Part shown: in pieces, positions 11,631 through 22,036 of the stretch
Numbering within the stretch: position 1 is the first letter of the stretch
Layout of the letters: each line of letters opens with the position of its first letter
Virus genome (UHGV): UHGV-0122909
DNA from: a virus
Length of the DNA: 63,965 nucleotides
Direction: 5' to 3' (one strand)
Made by a program: the position numbers and the translations under genes
Notes under the pieces: model-generated
Seen by the model: only the letters and a program-made list of their open reading frames with translations
The model's database searches: none
What the model was told of the DNA's origin: nothing

Positions 11631-12101
11631 ATGACAAAATCATGGAGCGTACCTTTTCCTGAATCAGAAACTGAACATGATGGAATGCCTGTTTTCTGGA
11701 GATTCCAGTCGACAGTTGAAGAAGATGGGATAAAAATATTCGCACTTCAATATATAGCTTTTCATCAGACAGAGCATTATGCATGGTTGGTTCCTGCGCA
11801 TTGGGTTGTTGATTTTAAACCAGCACCAAATCAGTGGTTACAGGAATGGAAACAAAGGAGAAATAGATATGCAATTAAGAAAGTAGCAAAAAATGCAGAA
11901 AGATCTTTTGCATTCCCAACGAAGAAACTTGCTATTGAAAGTTTATTGCGCCGGAAGAAATACCATTTAATGAGAATCAAACAAGATTTGGCTGTTGTAT
12001 CAACTCTTGTTGATGGGATGAAGAATATTGATACATCAACACCAGATATTGAATATAACTTTGGGCACAACCAAGAAACAGAAAATTGGGTATTTTATTA
12101 G
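11631..12101 (+). CDS. Hypothetical protein, AT-rich moron-like first gene after N
   Basis: 156 aa ORF, visibly AT-rich, followed by hairpins at ~12115-12142 and ~12206-12231. No recognised motif. Confidence 0.45.
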   Translation: MTKSWSVPFPESETEHDGMPVFWRFQSTVEEDGIKIFALQYIAFHQTEHYAWLVPAHWVVDFKPAPNQWLQEWKQRRNRYAIKKVAKNAERSFAFPTKKLAIESLLRRKKYHLMRIKQDLAVVSTLVDGMKNIDTSTPDIEYNFGHNQETENWVFY

Positions 12102-12251
12102 TACGAGTAAGCACTGTGTATTCATTCCAACGAGTGAATACACGGAGCAATGTCGCTCGTAACTAAACAGGAGCCGACTTGTTCTGATTATTGGAAATCT
12201 TCTTTGCCCTCCAATGTGAGGGCGATTTTTTATCTATGAGGATATGAATAG

Positions 12252-12620
12252 ATGTCAAACATCAAAAAATACATCATTGATTACGACTGGAAAGCGTCAA
12301 TAGAAATTGAAATCGACCATGACGTAATGACAGAGGAAAAACTTCACCAGATTAATAATTTCTGGTCAGACTCTGAATACCGACTCAATAAACACGGCGC
12401 TGTATTAAATGCTGTATTAATCATGCTGGCGCAACATGCTCTGCTTATAGCAATTTCGAAAGACTTAAATGCATATGGTGTTGTTTGTGAGTTCGACTGG
12501 GATGATGGAAATGGTCAGGAAGGATGGCCTCCAATGGATGGTAGTGAAGGAATAAGAATTACCGATATCGATACATCAGGAATATTTGATTCAGATGATA
12601 TGACTATCAAAGCCGCCTGA
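12252..12620 (+). CDS. Hypothetical acidic protein
   Basis: 122 aa, Asp/Glu-rich (DWDDGNGQEGWPPMDGSEG...DSDDMT), preceded by a terminator-like hairpin. Confidence 0.45.
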   Translation: MSNIKKYIIDYDWKASIEIEIDHDVMTEEKLHQINNFWSDSEYRLNKHGAVLNAVLIMLAQHALLIAISKDLNAYGVVCEFDWDDGNGQEGWPPMDGSEGIRITDIDTSGIFDSDDMTIKAA

Positions 12621-12695
12621 GCGCGGCTTTACCGCATACCAATAATGCTTCACCAGAGGCATTTTCGTTATGCAATCAAATATAAGGAGTTACCC

Positions 12696-12830
12696 ATGAT
12701 GCACTTTCAGCTCGCGGGTAGCGGCGTCATGTCCGCTTTCTACCCGCACGAATCTGAATTATCACGCCGAGTTAAACAATTAATCAGAGCAGCAAAGAAA
12801 CAACTGGAGGCGTTATGCGCAATGAAATAG
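12696..12830 (+). CDS. cIII: CIII-like small protein (candidate FtsH inhibitor)
   Basis: MMHFQLAGSGVMSAFYPHESELSRRVKQLIRAAKKQL resembles lambda CIII (MQYAIAGWPVAGCPSESLLERITRKLRDGWKRL). Confidence 0.5.
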   Translation: MMHFQLAGSGVMSAFYPHESELSRRVKQLIRAAKKQLEALCAMK

Positions 12831-13221
12831 CCATCAATCACCAGATGCTTCGTGCAGCACAAAACAAAGCAGTAATAGCCCGATTTATTGGTGATTCAAA
12901 AATGTGGCTTGAAGCAAATAAAGCGATGAAATCAGCTATCAACCTTCCGTGGTATCGCAGGAAATGAGTTTTACAGATAACTGGTCAGACGAAGAATTCA
13001 TTCGTCAGATGAAAGAATTAATCGATAACGAAGGAGATATTCATGTCACTTGCAACCACAGTGAAGGAGAGCAAGTTACAGAGGCGCATGTACACGCAGA
13101 AAGCTCTCTGGTATCGCCATAATGGTAACCGCGAAGGAATGCGGGTATGCCTTAATTTGTCCAGAGTCGAAGTATTAAATCAGCGTTATTTCCTTGGGCC
13201 GTGTCCATTCTGAGGTGAATT

Positions 13222-13929
13222 ATGGATTTGAATAAATTCGATGAGCCATTCAGCCCTGAAGATATCGAATGGCGAATACAGCAAAGCGGTAAAACACGCG
13301 ATGGCAAAGTGTGGGCTATGGTGCTGGCTTATGTCACGAACCGGGCAATCATGAAACGCCTGGACGATGTTTGCGGCAAAGCAGGATGGCGCAATGAATA
13401 CCGCGATATTCCCAACAACGGCGGAGTTGAATGCGGCATATCAATAAAGATTGATTCCGAATGGGTAACCAAATGGGATGCTGCTGAAAACACGCAGGTA
13501 GAAGCCGTCAAAGGTGGTCGTTCCGGTGCAATGAAGCGCGCTGCCGTTCAGTGGGGAATCGGTCGGTATCTGTATAACCTTGAGGAAGGTTTCGCACAAA
13601 CATCTCTCGATAAAAAGCAGGGATGGCACAGGGCAAAACTCAAGGATGGAACAGGATTTTACTGGCTCCCTCCATCGCTGCCGGGATGGGCAATACCAGC
13701 ATCAGATAACAAACCATCACCAGAAAATACCAACCAGAAATCTCCATCGGTTGACTGCGAACAAATCCTGAAAGACTTCAGCGATTATGCGTCAACAGAA
13801 ACTGACAAGAAAAAACTCATCGAGCGTTATCAGCGTGACTGGCAATTAATGGCTGGAAACGAGGAGGCGCAGGCTAAATGCGTTCAGGTAATGAACATCA
13901 GAGTTAACGAGCTAAAACAGGCGGCATAA
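13222..13929 (+). CDS. Putative single-strand annealing recombinase (Rad52/Erf-type)
   Basis: 235 aa directly upstream of ssb with motif AAVQWGIGRYLY. Family assignment is from memory and unverified. Confidence 0.5.
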   Translation: MDLNKFDEPFSPEDIEWRIQQSGKTRDGKVWAMVLAYVTNRAIMKRLDDVCGKAGWRNEYRDIPNNGGVECGISIKIDSEWVTKWDAAENTQVEAVKGGRSGAMKRAAVQWGIGRYLYNLEEGFAQTSLDKKQGWHRAKLKDGTGFYWLPPSLPGWAIPASDNKPSPENTNQKSPSVDCEQILKDFSDYASTETDKKKLIERYQRDWQLMAGNEEAQAKCVQVMNIRVNELKQAA

Positions 13930-14403
13930 ATGGCAATCAGAGGCGTAAATAAGGTGATCATTATTGGTCGCCTTGGGCATGATCCAGAAATCAGATATTC
14001 ACCATCAGGAACGGCATTTGCAAACCTTACAGTTGCTACGTCAGAACAATGGCGTGATAAGCAAACTGGAGAGCAAAAGGAGCAGACGGAGTGGCACCGT
14101 GTGGTAATGAGCGGGAAACTGGCAGAAATTGCCAGCGAATATCTGCGAAAAGGCTCTGAGGTTTATCTTGAAGGCAAATTGCGGACAAGAAAATGGCAGG
14201 ATCAAAGCGGACAGGATCGGTTCACTACCGAAGTCATCGTGGGCGTTGGTGGAACCATGCAAATGCTTGGTGGCAAGCAAGGAGGAAATGAACAGTCTTC
14301 ACCTCAGCGAAATGACGGTCAGCAACAAAGACAGCAACCTCAGCAGCAAGGGAATCACAGCGAACCACCTATGAACTTCGACGATTCGGATATTCCGTTC
14401 TAG
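13930..14403 (+). CDS. ssb: Single-stranded DNA-binding protein
   Basis: OB-fold SSB N-terminus, Gly/Gln-rich linker and acidic C-terminal tail DDSDIPF. Confidence 0.9.
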   Translation: MAIRGVNKVIIIGRLGHDPEIRYSPSGTAFANLTVATSEQWRDKQTGEQKEQTEWHRVVMSGKLAEIASEYLRKGSEVYLEGKLRTRKWQDQSGQDRFTTEVIVGVGGTMQMLGGKQGGNEQSSPQRNDGQQQRQQPQQQGNHSEPPMNFDDSDIPF

Positions 14404-14412
14404 GAGCTGAAT

Positions 14413-14892
14413 ATGAAAGTCTGCTCAAGATGCCATCAACAGAAGGAAGAAAGGGACTTTCAAATCAGAAGAGCATCCAGAGATGGATTAACTGCCGCTT
14501 GCCGGGCTTGCCTGGCTGAATACGACAAAGAACGCGCTGGATTGCCACATCGAGTATCAGCAAGGAGAGAATATCAATCATCGGAACGCGGAAGAGAACG
14601 GTGTAACGCAGCCAAAAAGCGGTTCATTCAGAGCAACCCATGGAAAAGAAAAGCCCACATCATTGTGGGTAATTTTTTGCGCGACGGTAAGCTAATCCGA
14701 CCACCACAATGTGAGTGCTGCGGATCAGAATGTAAACCACAGGCGCACCACTGCGACTACAGCAAACCAACCGATGTGATGTGGCTCTGCAAGTCATGTC
14801 ATGTCGAGTGGCACAAACATAACAAACCTATCTACCCAGACGAGGAACCAGTAACTCTCCCCTTCCCTCGTCACGCTATTCACGCAATTTAA
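14413..14892 (+). CDS. Zinc-finger/HNH-like protein
   Basis: Multiple CxxC pairs and HHCDY...WLCKSCHVEWHKH, an HNH-like motif. Confidence 0.45.
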   Translation: MKVCSRCHQQKEERDFQIRRASRDGLTAACRACLAEYDKERAGLPHRVSARREYQSSERGRERCNAAKKRFIQSNPWKRKAHIIVGNFLRDGKLIRPPQCECCGSECKPQAHHCDYSKPTDVMWLCKSCHVEWHKHNKPIYPDEEPVTLPFPRHAIHAI

Positions 14893-14905
14893 TCAGGAGA
14901 AAATC

Positions 14906-15199
14906 ATGCCAGCGCCTCTGTATGGTGCGGATGACCCGCGCCGCTGTTCCGGCAATTCCGTATCGGAGGTGCTGGATAAATTCAGAAAAAACTACGACCT
15001 GATAATGTCGCTACCGCAGGAAACGAAAGAGGAAAAGGAATTTCGCCATTGTATATGGCTTGCAGAGAAAGAAGAACGCGAGCGAATTTACCAGACATCA
15101 ATCCGACCATTCCGCAAAGCCACATATACCCACTTCCCTGAAATTGACCCGCGCCTGCGTAATTACCGCTCACGCTATGGCGCTATCAGTAATGACTGA
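14906..15199 (+). CDS. Hypothetical protein
   Basis: 97 aa ORF, co-oriented with the pL operon. No motif recognised. Confidence 0.35.
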   Translation: MPAPLYGADDPRRCSGNSVSEVLDKFRKNYDLIMSLPQETKEEKEFRHCIWLAEKEERERIYQTSIRPFRKATYTHFPEIDPRLRNYRSRYGAISND

Positions 15200-15373
15200 G
15201 GAATTTACCATGAGAGGACTTGCATACAATCCAGGAATTCTTCCGGCAGAAATGATTATTCGCCAACGCGTAAAGCCAATGCCATCGAGAGAGGAATTGC
15301 TTAAGAGAAAGAGTTTCGGTTCTGTTAATGACAACAAATATCTGAATGCGATGTTGCGCAAAGGAGGCAAGCA

Positions 15374-15673
15374 GTGAGTGTATGTCTTATTGATAAACGT
15401 CGACGTGGGCAACAAATACCATCTGTTGGAATGCCGAATCACACATGGTTTTGCGTACTTGATATCGATGGTATGGATGCGTTGGTTGACACTCGTCATT
15501 ACTGCGATACCGCAACAGCTACTCCTGCAAAAGCAAAGAAAATGGCTGCTCTGATAGAAAACTGGACTCCACCTGATGGTTGGTGCAATGGGAATGATCG
15601 GGATTGGCATGAAAAAATGAAGGGCTATATCTGCGATTTTTTACGTAAATGCAACGGATTCAGGGTGATGTGA
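15374..15673 (+). CDS. Hypothetical protein
   Basis: 99 aa ORF in operon context. Confidence 0.35.
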   Translation: MSVCLIDKRRRGQQIPSVGMPNHTWFCVLDIDGMDALVDTRHYCDTATATPAKAKKMAALIENWTPPDGWCNGNDRDWHEKMKGYICDFLRKCNGFRVM

Positions 15674-15674
15674 C

Positions 15675-16439
15675 ATGAGCAAGATTGACTATCAGGCACT
15701 GCGTGCCAAGGCAGAAAAAGCAACGTGTGGTGTATGGTCGCTCGAATATGGAGAGAGCCGATTTGATGGTGATGATGCGCTAATTCATCGTGAAGTTGCT
15801 GGATATATTCCTATTTGCAGAATTGAAGGAGCGCATCCAGAAAGCGGTTTCGATGAAGATTTCCAAATGGAACAGCAGGCCAATGCTGAATTCATCGCCG
15901 CAGCCAGTCCATCTACCGTGCTGGCACTGCTGGATGAACGGGAAAGAAACCAGCAATACATCAAACACCGTGACCAGGAGAACGAGGATATTGCGCTAAC
16001 GGTAGGGAAGCTGCGTGTTGAGCTTGAGGAAGCAAAATCAAAACTCAACGAGCAACGCGAGTATTACGAAGGTGTTATCTCGGATGGAAGTAAGCGTATT
16101 GCTGAACTGGAGAAAAGCGAAGAGCAACTCATTAACGAGCGTGACCATGCTGAGTCTGCTTTAGCTGATATGTATTTTGCAGCAACCGGGGATAGGCCTG
16201 AGTGGAGTAACTGGTTCGGTTTTTCAGATGCAGTAGATGCCGTAGTTGACAGAATTGCTGATTTAGAAGCTAAACAGCCATCGCCAGTAGTACCTGAAGG
16301 ACTGATTAAAGCGGTGCGTTTTTATGAGCAGGTAAAACGTGAGAACCCGCCAGTCGAAACCGGAGCATGGAAAGACGCTGTTGACTGGGTGCTCAAAGAG
16401 GCTTGCCAGGCTGTAAACATTGGCATCAAAGGAGAGTGA
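15675..16439 (+). CDS. Hypothetical coiled-coil protein (Ea22-like position)
   Basis: 254 aa, acidic, with a central coiled-coil-like segment. Confidence 0.4.
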   Translation: MSKIDYQALRAKAEKATCGVWSLEYGESRFDGDDALIHREVAGYIPICRIEGAHPESGFDEDFQMEQQANAEFIAAASPSTVLALLDERERNQQYIKHRDQENEDIALTVGKLRVELEEAKSKLNEQREYYEGVISDGSKRIAELEKSEEQLINERDHAESALADMYFAATGDRPEWSNWFGFSDAVDAVVDRIADLEAKQPSPVVPEGLIKAVRFYEQVKRENPPVETGAWKDAVDWVLKEACQAVNIGIKGE

Positions 16440-16956
16440 TATGGCGTTAACACACCGCGAACTCTGTCAGATTGCGTACAAGTTCCTTAAGCGCAACGGG
16501 TTCAAGGTTTGTTTTCATGACCGCTTTATAGCTGTAACCAGTACCGGAGAACAGCCAGATGCTATGGGATTCAGAAATTCAGCATCATGCCTGATAGAGG
16601 CGAAGTGTTCTCGTGCTGACTTGTTGGCAGATAGAAAAAAGCGTTTTCGTAAAAATCCGTCTCTTGGAATGGGCGACTGGCGATTCTTTATTAGTGAGCC
16701 AGGAATTATTTCAATTGAGGATTTACCACCTGGCTGGGGATTACTTCACGTTGTTAACGGAAGAGTACGGAAAGTACATGGGTGGCCCAAGGGTAATTGC
16801 TGTTGGGGTAATCCTGACGATAAGCCATTTACTGGAAATAAGCAGGTTGAATGCGATTACATGTTATCTGCATTAAGGCGCATGGAGTTGAGAGGGCACC
16901 TTAATGAAATATATGACGGTGTAATTGTTAATAAGAAAGAAGGAAACGCAGCATGA
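16420..16956 (+). CDS. Putative PD-(D/E)xK-type nuclease
   Basis: EQPDAMGF...CLIEAKCSRADL fits a D...ExK nuclease core. Confidence 0.4.
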   Translation: MASKESDMALTHRELCQIAYKFLKRNGFKVCFHDRFIAVTSTGEQPDAMGFRNSASCLIEAKCSRADLLADRKKRFRKNPSLGMGDWRFFISEPGIISIEDLPPGWGLLHVVNGRVRKVHGWPKGNCCWGNPDDKPFTGNKQVECDYMLSALRRMELRGHLNEIYDGVIVNKKEGNAA

Positions 16957-17873
16957 TCACTATTACCAAAGAACGCCTGCTGACAATCCAGCAGTGGCGC
17001 GAAACATACGGACCTGGTAGCAACGTTGTACTGCCAGCAGAAGAAGCGGAAGAACTGGCACGAATTGCTCTGGCATCGCTGGAGCAGAATGCACTATCTG
17101 GCAACTCTCGGCTTATTCCTGGTGAAGTGTTGTCCGCAATCCGGGAGGTTGCCAAGATTCGTGCCGATTTCGATGATTTTGACGGTGACAGGCGAGGTAT
17201 CGGTGATTGTCTGGATGAGGCCGAGCAAGAGCTTATCGTTACCATTAACAAATATGCCAGTCAGTTGGCAGCAGAACCGATAGCGACTAATGACGTTCGA
17301 GAGCAGCAGACAGCCGTTCCGCCAGTTCCGGAAATACAGGATGATGTCGCGCAAGCAATTGAAAATCTCAAGCAGAAGTTAGTGGAATGCAATCGCTATA
17401 ACTACTGCGCAGATGCAGTGAAGAACGTAGAGGATGCCTGCCGTGCTGTTAGCTATAGCCAAGCCGACAATCAGCCAGCATCTGGCAACCAGGCTGCCGA
17501 ATCCAATCGCGGTAATGAGTGGACTGGCAATCCTGATATTGATAACGCCATCATCATGCTCGACCGCATAGATACGCTGGAAAATTGCGATGATGACCGT
17601 ATTGAGGCTGTTAAGGCTGTTTTGCGTAGACTGGCTGGCAACTCTCCGGTAACTCCGGATGGTTGGATAAGCTGTAGTGAGCGAATGCCGGATACCAAAA
17701 CAGCCGTTCTTGTTGCCAGGGAGTTTGACAGGAAAGGTGACTGGCGAATGAAATGGGCGACTTACATCCCGGGGCATCCTGACGCTAATGATGGGTGGGT
17801 AATACCTGGTGCGTCGTGGATTCCATCACACTGGATGCCGCTACCAGAACCGCCGCAGGAGGTGAATCAATGA
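16953..17873 (+). CDS. Hypothetical protein with DUF551-like C-terminus
   Basis: C-terminal ...WISCSERMPD...WMPLPEPP is typical of DUF551 proteins in lambdoid accessory regions (from memory). Confidence 0.45.
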   Translation: MITITKERLLTIQQWRETYGPGSNVVLPAEEAEELARIALASLEQNALSGNSRLIPGEVLSAIREVAKIRADFDDFDGDRRGIGDCLDEAEQELIVTINKYASQLAAEPIATNDVREQQTAVPPVPEIQDDVAQAIENLKQKLVECNRYNYCADAVKNVEDACRAVSYSQADNQPASGNQAAESNRGNEWTGNPDIDNAIIMLDRIDTLENCDDDRIEAVKAVLRRLAGNSPVTPDGWISCSERMPDTKTAVLVAREFDRKGDWRMKWATYIPGHPDANDGWVIPGASWIPSHWMPLPEPPQEVNQ

Positions 17874-17937
17874 GCTGGCCTGAAGCATTCACCACGGTAG
17901 GAATTGTGATGGCGGCAGCACTGGGTTTGTATTCAAT

Positions 17938-18189
17938 TTGTCGCTGGTGGTAACGATGGGAAAAATAACTTTTGTAGTCGAATTTGAGGATGGCAAAGAG
18001 CCACCTGTTAGCGCCAATCTTGATGTTGCTGGTGGCAGGCTTGTTTCGGTTCTATTTGGTGACTACCGAGATGACTTCTTCCAACCAGAAGAAGTTGATG
18101 TAGTGCGAGAGGCATTAAACGAGTTAAGTGTTGATAACGATGATGCTCATGCGGAAATCATCCAAAAAATGGAACTGCTAACTCACTAA
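17938..18189 (+). CDS. Hypothetical small protein
   Basis: 83 aa ORF in operon context. Confidence 0.3.
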   Translation: MSLVVTMGKITFVVEFEDGKEPPVSANLDVAGGRLVSVLFGDYRDDFFQPEEVDVVREALNELSVDNDDAHAEIIQKMELLTH

Positions 18190-18271
18190 ATTATCAATTA
18201 TGGTGCTATCACCTACGACACCGAGAGAAAATTTATAATGTCAAAAGTAAATGTTTTGATTTTTTCAGCAA

Positions 18272-18661
18272 TTGTTGGCTTTGGTTTTACTGCCGGAGTG
18301 CAGATTTATATTACGTGGGAAAAAATCATCAACTACGCATGGAGTTGTTTTATTAAGTGAGGTAAGTATGTGGAGAGGTAATAGTCATGGCAAAAGCCAG
18401 ATGATACTTACCGAATATCAGTTTGACCATAAAACCAATAAATCACGTTCAGTATATTTGCTTCGGCACAATAGCCGCGTAAGGAATACCGTGCTGGAGC
18501 AAAATCTGACTGTTGAAATAGATAATTACGGGGGCTTCAAGCCAACAATTTCGCTTGATGATTTTCCTCGTGGTTTAAGCGAAAGAGAAGCAATGCTGAA
18601 ATTAGCAGAATGGCTACAAAGATTAAGCATTGCTATTGAAGATAACTGGTCTGAACCTTAA
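18272..18661 (+). CDS. Hypothetical protein
   Basis: 129 aa ORF, AT-rich. Confidence 0.3.
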   Translation: MLALVLLPECRFILRGKKSSTTHGVVLLSEVSMWRGNSHGKSQMILTEYQFDHKTNKSRSVYLLRHNSRVRNTVLEQNLTVEIDNYGGFKPTISLDDFPRGLSEREAMLKLAEWLQRLSIAIEDNWSEP

Positions 18662-18667
18662 ATTTAT

Positions 18668-19042
18668 ATGATGACACTAAAACATTTTCTTGACCGCCCA
18701 TTATGGGCGGCAGCCGCAGGCTATGACTTTAATTATATGGATTGCATGTCTTATACCGCCAATGCATACGACTATTCCTTCAGTCTGCTGCTTAATTCTT
18801 TAAGAATATTGCCGCAAACAGAAGTTGGAGAGCTTCATTTATGGCTATTGGGCTTTATCGCGGCTGGAGTTGGTATTGCTGTATGGCCTTTTATTTTCTG
18901 GCTGGTGGCTGTTGTAGTGTGGTTTAAGTGCAAGACGTACCGGAGAAAGTATTTCTTAGGTGATGGAATGACTGATATTGCCAAAATGAACATTGAAAAA
19001 TGGACTAAGGAATGTGAAAAGAAATGGCGCAAAAAGAAATGA
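18668..19042 (+). CDS. Hypothetical membrane protein
   Basis: Hydrophobic segment LWLLGFIAAGVGIAVWPFIFWLVAVVVWF. Confidence 0.4.
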   Translation: MMTLKHFLDRPLWAAAAGYDFNYMDCMSYTANAYDYSFSLLLNSLRILPQTEVGELHLWLLGFIAAGVGIAVWPFIFWLVAVVVWFKCKTYRRKYFLGDGMTDIAKMNIEKWTKECEKKWRKKK

Positions 19043-19956
19043 CCAGAATCACTGAAGAGCGTATATCAGAGATTATTTCCCGTATCGAAATGTATGGTCA
19101 CGGTGCTGGATATACGGCAGATGAAGTATTGGCACTTGCCCAAATGGCTTTGGCGGCTTGCAAAGATGATAAAAAAATGAAGTTTATCGACTTGTTAGTG
19201 AAGGAACTGCCTAAGTGCGGCGGGTGGCCTGATGGAATGAGTTATTGTTACCTACCCAGTGTCAATTTAATGGCACCATGCGCGACTTTTGCTTTTGGCT
19301 CAGACCACAAAAAAGACACTTTCTTTGGGCGCAATTTTTGTTGTGAGATTGAGCTTCCAATTGGTGACCTTGATAGCGATGAATACCAGTCAGTTGTCAC
19401 TCGCGAACAATACGAATCAGCTCTCATAGCGTCGCAGAAAGTCGAGTTCAATGGTGATGAACTTGAAAGTAAGACTTACAGGTTGGATTTTGGGCAATGG
19501 CTGGAACAGCAACGCGGGAAAATCGATGTGGACTGTGGTTGTGTGTCCACTGAAACATTCATGCACTGGCTGCGGGTAGCTTACGAGGCTGGCAACTATC
19601 CGGATATTCCGGATAGTTCGGTGCCAGCACCAGGAAAGGGCGTCACCGGTGAACGTATCCGAATTAAGCCGCATGTTTATCGCGAACTGGTTAACCGTCT
19701 CCACGATACAGCGATCAAGTGTGCTGGCACCCAGCAATTACGAGAAAGAATTAGCCGTGTTTTGGGCGACGTTATTACACCAGATCATCATAAACAAGCC
19801 GAGAAAAGTGGCCTGGAAAGGTGTCACCTTGAGGCGGCATTAAACATTAAGCCGGGGCATACGCTTGGCATTATTGATGCACTATTGGTTCATAAGATGG
19901 CCAGGGCTTTATTGCCGCTGGTGGATGCTGGCGATACAAGCGAGGGTGAAGTATGA
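19024..19956 (+). CDS. Hypothetical protein
   Basis: 310 aa ORF overlapping its neighbours by a few bases (operon-like). Confidence 0.4.
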   Translation: MAQKEMTRITEERISEIISRIEMYGHGAGYTADEVLALAQMALAACKDDKKMKFIDLLVKELPKCGGWPDGMSYCYLPSVNLMAPCATFAFGSDHKKDTFFGRNFCCEIELPIGDLDSDEYQSVVTREQYESALIASQKVEFNGDELESKTYRLDFGQWLEQQRGKIDVDCGCVSTETFMHWLRVAYEAGNYPDIPDSSVPAPGKGVTGERIRIKPHVYRELVNRLHDTAIKCAGTQQLRERISRVLGDVITPDHHKQAEKSGLERCHLEAALNIKPGHTLGIIDALLVHKMARALLPLVDAGDTSEGEV

Positions 19957-20315
19957 GAGTTGCAGATCACATCAAACACCTTGAAAGAATTATCGAAAAC
20001 GGTGAACTCTTAAGAGATCAGATGAGACGCACGGCAGAAGTCAAAGAGGCGATAATCCGCAGTCAGGCTGGTAAATTAAAGCAATTATCAGAGATTAACG
20101 CGCTATACAAGAACAGACGTAACCGGGCGGCGCTGCGGCTTCAGAAAGCACGTAATGAAATTAAATTGGTGGAGGCAAAACTGAAAAAACAGATTCAGCG
20201 TTACGATCAGCAAGATGCTTTTTATGCCGCCATCAAGGCGGCTGCTAATGAAATAGGCATCTGGAAGTTGCTGGTGGAGAAAGCAAAGACGAAGTTAAAT
20301 GCCAACGAAAGCTGA
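19953..20315 (+). CDS. Hypothetical coiled-coil protein (last gene of the lambdoid module)
   Basis: 120 aa, Lys/Glu-rich helical. Confidence 0.4.
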   Translation: MRVADHIKHLERIIENGELLRDQMRRTAEVKEAIIRSQAGKLKQLSEINALYKNRRNRAALRLQKARNEIKLVEAKLKKQIQRYDQQDAFYAAIKAAANEIGIWKLLVEKAKTKLNANES

Positions 20316-20976
20316 ACTACAGGTACCCACCAGCACATACAGAAAATGATTGTTTCCACATCAAGGAGATTTTAATGTTTCACTGAACATTAAGTAAGCC
20401 AGTGCATAATTCCATTTTTTACTGACCTTAAAAGCAAAATCAAAACGATGATGAGGATGATCGCCAGAATCTGGCTAATAACAGGCGCATCTAAAAATGC
20501 ACTCAGGAACTGAAAAAAAGCAGTCATTAAGGTGGTTCCTTGTCAAATGTAAAGGAGCACTTGCTCACGTTGACGTAGAAACCCAACCCCTATATAGTTG
20601 GATTCGGTGAAAGAAAGTCGTTAACGTGAGCTTACGGCACATGTTTTCGGAACAACATCAGGGAACGGCTAATTCCTTGATGCGGATGGGGTCTGTAATG
20701 CAGACCCTATCTATTAACGTCATGATTGCATCTCAAATTTTCTCCTTATCTTCATTAATCAAAATTCATTTCATTTGTGAAACATCACAATATTTAGAAA
20801 ATGGCCCTCTTGCAAGTGCATAACTTTGTGGATAAATCAGGAAGAAAAAAGTTGATTCTGCGCACGGCAAGGCAGATAAGCTGTGCACAAAAATCAATGG
20901 GAAAAGAAAAAAAATTAAAAGTTACTTTGCTGGTTAAATAATAGTCGTTACGCAATTGTTCTGGATGGGATTTGAT

Positions 20977-21228
20977 ATGCACGATTGGAATATTGCAGCT
21001 AAAAGTCAGGAAGAACGGGATAAGGTTAACGTTGATCTGGCTGCCAGCGGTGTGGCGTACAAAGAGCGATTGAACATTACCTGTCATAGCTGAACAGGTA
21101 GCCCGCGAGCAACCAGAGAATCTGCGCACCTATTTCATGGAACGGTTACGGCACTATCGGCAGTTAAGCCTCCAGTTGCCAAAAGGGAGCGATCCGGTGT
21201 ATCAGAACGAGGATGCACCAAAAAAATA
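20977..21228 (+). pseudogene. hot: hot (homolog of DNA polymerase III theta, HolE), apparently frameshifted
   Basis: N-part [34 protein letters not shown] then stop at 21091. The next frame continues ...[22 protein letters not shown]..., together resembling HolE. One extra base near 21079 breaks the frame. Confidence 0.55.
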
Positions 21229-21314
21229 ACGGCAAGATGGGGGAGAAATGTGATTAGCCCCCAGCGTGGCGCGCCTACAAACCCCGCTTTCACAAACTAT
21301 GCCTTTTCAATGTA

Positions 21315-21334
21315 TACTGTATGAATAAACAGTA
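21315..21334. promoter_or_regulatory. LexA (SOS) box upstream of humD
   Basis: TACTGTATGAATAAACAGTA matches CTGT-N8-ACAG about 20 bp upstream of the humD start. Confidence 0.75.
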
Positions 21335-21352
21335 TCATTGAGGTAAAACGCT

Positions 21353-21742
21353 ATGGGCTTCCCTTCTCCTGCGGCGGATTATGTTGAAAGCCGAATTTCT
21401 CTTGATCAGCAGATAATTAGACATCCTTCAGCGACCTACTTCATGCGGGCAGCTGATAGCCATCACCGTGAGGGAATATTGCAGGGTGCTTTGCTGGTGG
21501 TTGATTCCTCGCTTACTCCGGTTGATGGTTCTCTGCTTGTGTGCGCTATGGAGGGTGAATATCGCATAAAGAGATACAGGAAGTATCCGCGCCAGCACCT
21601 GGAGGATTTAAGCACCGGGAAGAAAGAGGCGTTACCAGTAGATGACGATGGATACACGGGCAGTAATGCTGTTTTTGGTGTGATCACTCATGTCATCAAT
21701 GATGCCCGAAGTGGGGAATTTGATGATTGTCCGGTTATTTAA
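21353..21742 (+). CDS. humD: UmuD'-like protein HumD
   Basis: 129 aa LexA/UmuD-family peptidase fold, SOS box upstream, P1 synteny with phd-doc. Confidence 0.85.
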   Translation: MGFPSPAADYVESRISLDQQIIRHPSATYFMRAADSHHREGILQGALLVVDSSLTPVDGSLLVCAMEGEYRIKRYRKYPRQHLEDLSTGKKEALPVDDDGYTGSNAVFGVITHVINDARSGEFDDCPVI

Positions 21743-21814
21743 GCTGCAAAGTGCTGGTGCTTTATGCCTGTGAAGTTTATAATTGTGTACACATAACGAG
21801 TACACGAGGTGTTT

Positions 21815-22036
21815 ATGCAATCCATTAACTTCCGTACCGCGCGTGGCAACCTTTCTGAAGTGCTCAACAATGTTGAAGCCGGGGAAGAGGTTGAAATCAC
21901 CCGCAGAGGCCGTGAGCCAGCAGTAATTGTCAGCAAGGCTACTTTCGAAGCCTACAAAAAAGCGGCGCTGGATGCTGAATTTGCATCCCTGTTTGACACC
22001 CTGGACTCCACCAACAAGGAACTGGTTAACCGATAA
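21815..22036 (+). CDS. phd: Phd antitoxin
   Basis: [73 protein letters not shown], recognised as P1 Phd. Confidence 0.95.
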
